Source of the DNA: Antedon mediterranea
Taxonomy: Eukaryota > Animalia > Echinodermata
Length of the DNA: 64,000 nucleotides
NCBI RefSeq assembly: GCF_964355755.1
Contig: NC_092674.1
Coordinates: forward strand, 25,048,001 to 25,112,000
Direction: 5' to 3'
In this document: piece after piece, positions 38,401 to 50,400 of the stretch
Layout: every line of letters begins with the position of its first letter
Numbering within the stretch: position 1 is the first letter of the stretch
Translations under genes and position numbers: made by a program
Notes under the pieces: generated by a model
Databases searched by the model: none
Seen by the model: the letters and a program-made list of their open reading frames with translations, nothing else
Told to the model about the DNA's origin: nothing

Positions 38401-41400
38401 GATTCTGAGAACTGGAGCGGACCAGGTATCACTTGTGAAAGTAAGTAAAAACTAGATTTAATTCGTCACTATGACGAATTATAGGTTATATGCATTGATT
38501 TAAATAAAGATAATTGATTTTTAAAAGATATATTGATTGATTGATTTTCTCAGAATCTTTAATTATTTATAATAAATGATAGGACCTTGCTAACGCGAAC
38601 ACCATAGCCGGTATCACAATCCGATCAAAGATCCATATGCGTATAATGTCATAAACCACATTTGTTGTTACATAATAATAAAGACATAAGTTAATTTTTA
38701 TCTAGATTTCATTATAAATCATGTGTATAATCTATACACTAAGAAATAAATTTGAACAAACAATACGGATAATAAAAAAAAATCTTATTTCGTTTCCCAA
38801 GGTGAGACTCGATCTCGGTACCTTGAATGCCATAGACACGAGCACAGACCATCGAGCCATACACAACTGACTAAAAGTTGTAGAAACATTCCTCCGTGTA
38901 TTTACTATGCAGTAACCACTTTGATGCAAATAGATTATTACATACCGAAATGAATTATAATTTTTTACTATGATGACATCTTTAAAATGTAAACAAATGA
39001 TGCACTGTCAAACTACATACTTTTAACTTTAATATATGAACTTTTGAAGGAAGAAAGTTAATGTTAAGTTTGTTATTTCGGCCTAAGAAAATGTTATAAT
39101 TTGATTGATTGTCATAATTAATTTTTTTAAATTTAATATGCCATTAATGATGACTTAATCAACTTTTTTTCTCCTAATTTTATAATAAATCATACATATG
39201 ATACATACACTTCAAGAAAATGAAATAAAAAATAGGTGTTCCCGAGCATTCTAACGATATATATTAATTAAAAAATTTAGCATATTTTCACCATTTTGTT
39301 AACTTACACGTGCGTAGCCCGTCACTTTTGACGTGCTCGTATAACGCTGTTTCGCGTTGAAAAGTGAATAAAATATGATGATATTATTAAAGAAAGGTTA
39401 TACAACAGTAATCGGACAAAAAAAGTGCGCATTAACGTTTGACGCGCAGTGTGCGTGCAAAAATCTGCGCACTCATGGTAATTTTTTAAACGCTTAAAAT
39501 TGCCTGAAACGTACTCTAATTTCATCGAAAATAAATTCTGACAATTTTGAACATTTTAAGCGCGCGTACGCAAGCGTTATATGCGCTACGCACGTAATTG
39601 TATTGCCATATGATGAAATATGACCTGAAATTTATGAGTACCAAATTTTGTTTAATTGTGATTCATGCTTGTGAAGATATGATTACAAACGTGATTTCGT
39701 AAAATCGCGCGTAGACCGCGTAATTTTTGATTACGCATCGTGAAAATATAACCACATCGATTCCTGGCCATAAGGAATATACTCTGAAAAATTGACTTAG
39801 ATAGATGAAACTGATATCAAGATAATTCACGGACAAAATAGTGCTAAGGAAAGAATAAATAAACTAGATTTAATTCGTCACTATGACGAATTATAGGTTA
39901 TATGCATTGATTTAAATAAAGATAATTGATTTTTAAAAGATATATTGATTGATTGATTTTCTCAGAATCTTTAATTATTTATAATATATGATAGGACCTT
40001 GCTAACGCGAACACCATAGCCGGTATCACAATCCGATCAAAGATCCATATGCGTATAATGTCATAAACCACATTTGTTGTTACATAATAATAAAGACATA
40101 AGTTAATTTTTATCTAGATTTCATTATAAATCATGTGTATAATCTATACACTAAGAAATAAATTTGAACAAACACTACGGATAATAAAAAAAAAATCTTA
40201 TTTCGTTTCCCAAGGTGAGACTCGATCTCGGTACCTTGAATGCCATAGACACGAGCACAGACCATCGAGCCATACACAACTGACTAAACGTTGTAGAAAA
40301 ATTCTTCCGTGTATTTACTATGCAGTAACCACTTTGATGCAAATAGATTATTACATACCGAAATGAATTATAATTTTTTACTATGATGACATCTTTAAAA
40401 TGTATACAAATGATGCACTGTCAAACTACATACTTTTAACTTTAATATATGAATTTTTGAAGGAAGAAAGTTAATGTTAAGTTTGTTATTTTGGCCTAAG
40501 AAAATGTCATAATTTGTTTGATTGTCGAAATTATTTTTTTTAAATTTAATATGCAATTAATGATGACTTAATCAACTTTTGTTCTCTTTATTTGATAATA
40601 AATCATACATATGATACATACACTTCAAGAAAATGAAATAAAAAATAGCTGTTCCCCTGCATTCTGACGATATATATTAATTTTAAAATTTAGCATATTT
40701 TCACCATTTTGTTAACTTATACGTGCGTAGCCAGTCACTTTTGACGTGCTCGTATAACGCAATTTCGAGTTGAAACCTGAATCAAATATGATGATATTAT
40801 TAAAGAAAGATTGTAAAACAGAAATCGGGCAAAAAGAGTGCGCATTAACGTTTAACGCGCAGTGCGCGTGCAAAAATCTGCGCACTCATGGCAATTTTTT
40901 AAACGCTTAAAATTGCCTGAAACGTACTCTAATTTCATCGAAAATAAATTTTGACAATTTTGAACATTTTAAGCGCGCGTACGCAAGCGTTATATGTGCT
41001 ACGCACGTAATTTTATTGCCATATGATGAAATATGACTTGAAATTTATGAGTACCAAATTTTGTTTAATTGTGATTCATGCTTGTGAAGATATGATTACA
41101 AACGTGATTTCGTAAAATCGCGCGTAGACCGCGTAATTTTTGATTACGCATCGTGAAAATATAACCACATCGATTCCTGGGCATGAGGAATATACTCTTA
41201 AAACTTGACTTAGATAGATTAAACAGATGCCAAGATAATGCACGGACAAAATAGTGCTAAGGAAAGAATAAATAAATAAATAAATAAATAAAGATTTTGA
41301 CAGAATCAAGAGGTTATATGCATATCATGCATATAACCTAATAAAGATTTTGACAGAATCAAGAGGTTATATGCATGATAATGCATATAACCTAAAAAAT

Positions 41401-44400
41401 AGGGAAATAATAGTTTTACCTACTGTACTACTACAGTACACAGTGTGTGGTAGGTCATCGTTAGGTCAGTATCTGAACTTGGAAACCATAGAGGGAGAAA
41501 GGACAATTAAATTGACCTAACTTGTTTATAAAGCTCCGTTTACACTATCAAACTTTATGTGACAAAGAAATGTGATGTTTCCATATATGGACATGATGAT
41601 ATCACTACCATATTTGGGCACATCACTACCATGTTTGGGCACATCATTTGTCGTTGCAATTGAAAGCTTCCTAATAATCCCACTCAGAGTTTTGTTCTTC
41701 TGAAATGAGCCTTGGGGTGCTTAAAAAATGTTAATTTTTTTTGCACAGAAAAAAAAATGTGATTTAATATGACTTGCAGAAAATGGTCAAAATTACATCC
41801 ATGAATGTAAGTTTTAGATGACATGATTAGGCTTAAAAAATATGCAATTACAGCATCAATTATATCGATAAACAGGGAGAACTATATTACACAACCATGC
41901 ATGCAATTTTAACGAAATAATGTAATGCTCAATACAATTAATATACCGAAAACAAAAGAAGCCGAACCTAGATGCTATCAAATATTGAGTCGGTCAGGCT
42001 TGGGCCACATTTTTATCTTGTGAATAAAATCATGGTGCCACACTTGGTAAATGATCATATTCAAGCATAGGGTCATTCCATCTCAGTTCACCCAAAAAAA
42101 ATGGAATTTTAAACCCTACCTCTTCCAATTTTGATGAAATTTGGTATATGGGTGATTCATAGCAATTAAAACCAAATTTTCAAATTTTAACCTTATCGGA
42201 CCAACGGTTTTCGAGATATCGCAATTTCAATTTTCGGTTTTTACGCAAAAAAGCGCGCGGCCGCCACGTTTCAAAGAGCTGTATCTCGGGAACTATAGGT
42301 TCGATTTTAAAAACAAAGGTATTTTTGTAAAGGGGAGACCATAAGGAACCTAAATATACTAATTGTGTGTGTTTTATGTTAATTTTAAGTTGAATAAAAC
42401 TTTGACATATATTTTGACCTTGAAATTGACCCCGTGGAACACGCCCAATTTGTTGGTGACTATCACGAAAAATGTAGCCCTACGTGTCAACTACAACATA
42501 TAAAAAAATTGGAGGGGTTTTTTTCTTTGTTTCCATGAAATTACAATTTGAAGTTGACATACCTCTTCCTTTTAGTGTATTTTTGGTGTTGTTATACTTA
42601 TACACAGTGTGAACACTAACTGTTAAGGTGTCTTATTGTTACGCTTTCTCATCAGGCCCACTTAAACAGTAGATATATTTTGATATGAGAAATACTGGGT
42701 AACTCACATACTTTTAAAATCAATTTTGACACATAGTTTAGTGTCCTTACTATGTTATTATGCACATTAACATATGCATAATAAGTGATTGCAGAGAACA
42801 TACAACAGTTACTGTATATGCCTTTTTAAAGGTTGTCATCCCCTATAGAAAAACAAAACTACCAACCATGAAAAAAGTTCATTATTTCACAGATGGATGT
42901 GGCGGCCAATACAAAAACAAATATAACTTTATTAACCTTTGCCACCACCAGGAAGATTTTGGTTTAGACGCCGAGTGGAATTTTTTTGCTACATCACATG
43001 GCAAGAGTGCGTGTGATGGCATAGGTGGAACCGTTAAGAGGCTTGTCACTATGAGAAGCTTACAGCGTTTGACTGAATGTCATATTATCACATCTCTCAG
43101 TATGTTCGACTACTGTGTAATTTTTTATTTTTATTTTATGTCTTTAGGCAATGTGGCCAAGGATTACCAATAGTGAATTAATCACTGTCCTATCAGATAG
43201 GTGGTAATCCCCCTGATACAGGGGCTATTGTGTGAACCAGTTCACCGGGGTAACCCCCTACTCTTTTTCAAATAATGAACTGGGTTCTTTAAAGTACACA
43301 CATGTTATAACTGTGTACACTGGACCTACGGTTTATAGTCCTTATCCGAGAAGACTTGTTCCACCACCAGAACTAGGAGCGAGTCGGCCTCGAACCCTTG
43401 CCGATGTTGTTGTTGGCTCTTTTAGGTACGGTAAACGGCGCCCCTGCCTTAACCGCTCGGCCATATGACTCGCTCATATGGACATTCCAGGCATCAACTT
43501 TTTTCATGAGGGAATAGATGAGGTATCTACTGTGGAAAAAGAAATAAAGCTGAGATTCAACCTCGCCCAGACCATCAAGGGTACATTACAATATCATCGC
43601 TTTGTTCCCGTTTCTCTGGCACAGATGCAGGTCTACAAACTTAGTACCCAGATAAACCCTCCGGATGTGGTAGTGATTCAAGAATCTTTCAGTGATGAAA
43701 ATGAAATTGTTGCTGATACACAACCCACCATTATTAGACTTCAGAATTTTGTGTGCTGTAGTTATGATGGTGTCCCATGGATTGGTTTGGTGGTGGATGT
43801 CTCACTCTCAGAAGAGTTTGGGGATTTTCAAATTAAATTTATGCATCCTCATGGGTCAGCGAAAACCTTTTATTGGCCCTCCAAAGAAGACTGTTGTTGG
43901 ATTCCTGAATCAAATGTACATTGTATTATAGCCTCTCCGTTTATAAAATCCTCTTCGACTAGGAATTACAGTATTTCCCAAAATGAGTAAAGGCCAGACA
44001 TAGACAATTGTAACATTATAATAATATTTAGTTTGTAATAAAATTAATTTTGGAATACATCAAATTGACATTGAAGTAATGCATGGACAGACACCAAAAA
44101 TACACTAAAAGGAAGAGGTATGTCAACTTCAAATTGTAATTTCATGGAAACAAAGAAAAAAACCCCTCCAATTTTTTTATATGTTGTAGTTGACACGTAG
44201 GGCTACATTTTTCATGATAGTCACCAACAAAACGGGCGTGTTCCACGGGGTCAATTTCAAGGTCAAAATATATGTCAAAGTTTTATTCAACTTAAAATTA
44301 ACATAAAACACACACAATTAGTATATTTAGATTCCTTATGGTCTCCCCTTTACAAAAATACCTTTGCTTTTAAAATCGAACCTATAGTTCCCGAGATACA

Positions 44401-47400
44401 GCTCTTTGAAACGTGGCGGACGCGCCCTTTTTTGCGTAAAAACCGAAAATTGAAATTGCGATATCTTGAAAACCGTTGGTCCGATAAAGTTAAAATTTGA
44501 AATTTTGGCTTTAATTGCTATGAATCACCTATATACCAAATTTCATCAAAATTGGAAGAGGTAGGGTTTAACTCATTGGGTGATCTGAGATGGAATGACC
44601 CCATAGCTTTGTGTTATGTAGTTGATCGTCAGATCTTTCTGAGCTGTCAGCTAGGTGAATTATTAATATTAGTTTATGTCATTAAACTGCTATCTTTTGG
44701 ATTTCTTGAAAGACGGATCCAAAACTGGCTTAACGGTTTATATATTCAGTGAATAAGTCTGAACACAAGGTAAACTCCTGTATATTTTGAAATCATATTA
44801 CCATTTCAGGGTGATGATTTTTCAATAATGAATTTGAATATAATGTAACCATTGTTCATAAGTGATTTTGTTTCATTGAAATATACAGCATAATTCTTTT
44901 AGAAACATAAGGTGCTGTATCTTCCACTGTTCATCTAACCACAGAAACTGAATTAAATGAAAATTGATATGAGATTTAGAATTCATATTTCCATTTCAGG
45001 TGATCTTTAAATAATGAATTTTAATATAATGTAACCATTGTTCATAAATGATAATTTTCATTGAAATACCGCATTTTTTTTTATAGAAACATAAGGTGCT
45101 ATATGTTTCACTGTTTCATCTAACCGTAAAAAAATAAATTAACTGAACATTTTATTTTGTAATTGTTTTTTAACTATCTTAGAAACTCTAAGCCGCCCAG
45201 CAATAATGTTGGAAAATGTGAACCTATACAATTGTAAGAATCTTGACAAAAATACACTACACTATCAAAGTTTGACAAAAAATTGTGATGGTGCCCCGTG
45301 GAAGAACACATTTTGTTTGTGAACAAGCCTCCTTTTTAATATAAAGATTTTATTATTACTATTATTATGGTAGGCCGTGCTGTGAGTTCATATAGGACGA
45401 ATTTCATCAAATGATATTAAACAAACACAATATTTAAACTTTCAAAATATCACAAATATTGTGACAGAGTCTGTGCAAAACAAAATGAATATTAAACAAA
45501 GCCTGGAGGCAGGAGTCTATTTCCTCTGGATCAACAAGGTTAATTTTATGTTGATTATTAGTTTGCAGCGATGTTATTTGTCAAAAAATAAACCAATAAT
45601 GACAATTAAAACTATGCCCTAAAGTTAGTTTTAAAATGATTCTTCCGATAAAGTTGAAATGAGTTCTCTGCAATTTTATGACCGTGCATCAGTGCATTAA
45701 ATGTGCAGCGTATGTATAAATACATTTTAATTCCTATTTTTTCAACAAGTTTAATTTGCGTTTTTAAATGCATCTGATATTGTATAATGTAACGGATTAG
45801 TCAAGCAAGACTTCGATTCAAAATAGTTAATAAAGTTTGCATTAATGATGGGATATGGAATGCTACAGTAGGACATTGCCAGATGGACTGATTCAAATGT
45901 GTTAATACTGCGTCGTAGTAACGAGTTGGCATAATTGAGACTTCTCAATCCATTATAAATCTGCATGACTTTTTCAATGAATACCCTTAAAACTAATTGC
46001 ACATCGCGCTCGAATTCGGTCCGACGCACTGAGAAAAATGAGTTGAGGGTGCTTTCAAATCGAGCACGAATTTGGTTATCCGTCAAGGGAGCTGCTGATT
46101 GGACAAAAAAAATTGTAAGATTTCAGAAAACAAATGGCTTCTTCATCGCTACGAATTTGGAGCCCGAATCGGGTATAGATTCAAATCGTACAAAATTGGT
46201 GGGAATGATCCTTTACCAATGAAATCATTTTCCTTGATATTTTTCTCAGGTCCCTGGAACGAATCCGGGCGCAATGTGGAAGCAGCTTAAATCGGATCCT
46301 GAGGGTTTGATTGCTCAAGCACCATTAATTTAAAATTCACATCCACATCCATCAGTGTAAATTTTATCAACACTTTTAAATCTTTCTTTGGTATTACAAT
46401 GCAGAGACAGTCAATATTGATGATAAAATGTGGGTAAGATGACCCTTCCCTGCCCACTCCTACTGTAGGCCGAAATGCATAATTGTCTTAAATTTATTAG
46501 AAGTAAATTAAAAAAGTGTTTCTGCGTGTATGAGCAGAGACAATGTCATATTGTTGTTAAATTTTCTATACAATTCTCGGTACTGTATCTAGAATTCTGT
46601 GACACAATGCCACATGTATAAGCCATTAAGCCTAAACTATAGCCTGAATCATAGAATTACATGCTGCTGTCACATGTGCTACATATATGTGAAACTGTAT
46701 TTTGCCTATGATACTGGAATATGTATATATATACCATATAAAGATACACTACAGAGAATCAGGTGAATTTTCATAAAGTTCGGAATACTAATTTTACATA
46801 TTTTTATTAATTACTGAGGGAAAACAATTTGTTCCTGATCACAACCCGGTCATCTCTCGTTTACAGAATATAAAATTTGTCAAAAAGTAATAACCTCTGA
46901 ACATTTGAATTTAAAAAAAAAAATTTTACAAGAACTATTAAGTTACAGAATCAAGAGTCTTATAATAAAACCAGTGTCGAGTTTACATTTTTATTGAAAA
47001 TCAAGCCAAGATGAAAATATAAAATTCCCAGCAGTGACAATCATAAATTATTTACGCTTTTCAAACTCTAAAGTAGAAATACCATTCTGTAGAAATTTAC
47101 ATTCGAAATGCTAAATATGACTGCTGTGACTTATGATAATATTTTCAAAAGCATATGTAATATAATAACCTATAAACTGGCTCATTTTCATCGTCGTTAG
47201 TTCATATGATATCTACTTTTCAAGGTTCAAGAACTTACATACATTTTTATATGATGTATATATATTTGTATATAATTATATTCATATCTCATGTTTCACT
47301 GTGTGGAATTACAAATAATTACATTACATATTATAAGATACAGAAAATAACGTAAACCATTATTTTAAAAGTATATATACTGTTGCACTGATACTGTACT

Positions 47401-50400
47401 TATTTTTCCCTCAGAAACTGTGTTGGTTCCTAGCGTCTTGGCTGGTCCTTGTAAAGGGACCACCAAGTACTGTAAATGGTTCAATTAAAACAAATGTATG
47501 CTTTTCAGTACCTAAATATTTTTGTTATCATATTTAATAATTTGGTATATTAAAATTGTTTTGCTTTTAGAATTTAAATAAATTAGAAATCTTATACGGC
47601 AAGTAAAATCACCCCAATATTTACTGAAGTAATTTTAAGGCTGTTAAATGTATTATTCTTCATCCTCAAGGAAACACAGAAAATTCGGAATAGGCCCTCC
47701 TCCACAGCAGCCAGCAGTGTAGCGCCTACCAGATCAGCACACCGGGAGACAATCCCCTACTCTTTTTTCGAATAGTGTTCTTTAATGTGCACTATTAAGT
47801 AAACAGGACCAACGACTTCATGTCCCATCTGAAGGATGAGGCAATGTAAAGCATCCTGTCTAAAGGATGCAATTAGTATGGTACAGATAGGCTCGAAGCC
47901 ATGCCTATCACATGCTAGTCCGATATTATCATTACACCATCACTCTCTGGTATATACAGCACCCGCCACTATCTCCCATCCAAAACGCAACCGAGCCCAA
48001 TTGTACTTATAGCATGTACCACTTAGAAAATGGATGGCAAAGCAATTTAGCTATTTTTTTCCAAACTAAAACAATCATGAACCCAAATTTAATATATCTA
48101 TTGGTCTCATCAGCGTTACTCTTTGAGTATTCCTTCATATTACAATTTTTCATTGTTTTTCTTATTTTTATGCCTTATCATCTCTGAAATCGCTTTTGCT
48201 ACTCATTATTTTTAATCATGAGGATATTTTTTATTTTATGTGGAAGAAATAAATGTTGATCTGATTCTGAATTGCCCCTAGCCAACAATTGTTAAGACGC
48301 TATGACATTTCTTATAATGTCATTTTTCTGGCTACTATCTTGACATTAAAGAGTTGATAAAAAATTAATTAAATGACATTTTTTCTTATGACATTCATTT
48401 ATTCATTGTCTATTGATGATGTACTTTTTAATCAATTATTTACAAAAAAGACCTTTCGAACAATTTTATAACCGCTTTCATTTAACCGATTTTTAAACAA
48501 AATAATGTCATGATCCTTGACTTTACAGTACTAAGTGAATTTGACAAATTATTCATTTATTCTATTAAAATGTAGCTACACATTCAAGTTGAAGGAATCA
48601 TACAATTATTATGTAAAATTATTACAATTTATGGCCACTTTTTGAAATTAAATTGTGCAGCTTTTATTGATGTTTGTTGAAAAGATATGTCTAGGCAAGC
48701 TTAGTAGACCATATGTAAGGGCGTGTGGTGCAGTTTGTTATACGCTACTGATCGTGGTTCGAATCCAACTCTTGTTGCATTGCTTGTATCCTTAGGCAAG
48801 ACACTTTACTTACGTTTGCCTCTCTCCACCCAGGTGTATAAAATAGTTACCGGTTAGATAAAGACACAACTTTGCTCTGATTACTAGCTGCGTTATTATG
48901 GGAGTATGTGTCCATACGTGTTTGATCCAAAAACTTTCCAGGGTAATAATGTGCAGTTTGCTTAAGAGCTTGCTTATGTGTGCTATATAAGAATGTATCT
49001 GTTAACAGCATTAGTGCTTTTAAATTAAAGTTTAAATTACCTTACTTCAAAAATTTTGATTTTGAATAACAGCTTGAGATCCTCTATGAAAAGAAAAAAC
49101 TTTTTCCCATCTTGCCTGTCATTTTTTATGAAAATAGGAGCTGTTGACAGCTAAGTTGTTGACTTATTTAAAAAAAACAATTTAGGACCAATGAGTCTAG
49201 GGAGATTTCCAGTTAGAGAAAGTAAATTGCTATAATTATGCAACCTTTAAGGTCATGTAGCCAACAGCACAACATAAACATGAAAATAATGTTAAATTAA
49301 AATCATTAAAAGCATTACAGTATAAATAGTTTTAGTTATTTATTCTTTATTTCGCATTCAAATGTACATATACAGCATTATAGATACAAAGCTCCTTAAA
49401 TAATATACATAATTACATAATAAAACAATACCATAATAATACAAAAGCCCATGGACCGCAAACTGGTAATACGTGTACATTAAAACTCTCAGAGTAAATA
49501 ATAAAGAAAGGTATTATAACCCTTTTTATAGGAAGTAAAGTAGTACGAAATAAATTATATATATTTTATGATAAGTCATTGGCCAATTCATCCCATTGTT
49601 GCCACAATTCTTAGCAACTTTCATCAGAATAAAGCCGATAGCCATTAATGGTTGCGAGAATTAAATGACTATACACAAAAAAAGCATTAAATAATAATAT
49701 CCAATGCAACATTAAAGCCTAAAAAATATGTGTAGTGTAAATACATATTGCAGTTGGTCCATTGCACATTGTGATTGTGTACCATTATTTTTGTTCTATT
49801 TGAAATGCTCAAATATCATTATGATATATGTGGAAAACCACTTATATGAAAGCTTATACATTCCGTAACCAATAATGCATATTTTTATGTTGGCAAATCC
49901 ATTCCATGCTAGTTCTTATATTGTTATTAAGACAGGCAATATTTCAAAATCGGACAATGATATTTATTGGAAAATTTTGTTGTTTTGGTTTATCATGGAT
50001 TTTATTACTTTATTCCGACTCACTGCATATCAAAATAACAACAATTATGTCAAGGAATGGTTATTTATTAATAAGTAATGATACCATTTTGTAAATTTAA
50101 ATTTATTCGGACAAGTTTATACTAAAAAAAAGTTAAACTTAACTGAAAAATAAATCTATAGAAATATGATAGTAGCCATAGCTATAACAGTATGGAAACA
50201 TACTCCCATAACGCAGCTAGTAATCGGCGCAAAGTTATGTCTTGATCTAACCTGTACCCATTTATACACCTGGGTGGAGAGAGGCAAACGTAAGTCAAGT
50301 ATCTTGCCTAAGGATACAAGCAATGCAGCAAGAGTTGGATTCGAACCTCGATCTCACGATCAGTAGTCCAACGTCCAACACACTGCGCCACATGCCATAG

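Noticed and set aside
38449-41393. LTR pair or simple segmental duplication
   Set aside because: No TG..CA ends, PBS/PPT, internal region or TSD; subTIR and hairpin structure plus the split outer copy fit nested Helentron-type elements.
50330-50397. tRNA genes (also 18030-18090, 43390-43470, 48720-48770)
   Set aside because: A and B boxes are present but no complete cloverleaf is evident; each continues into a SINE body.
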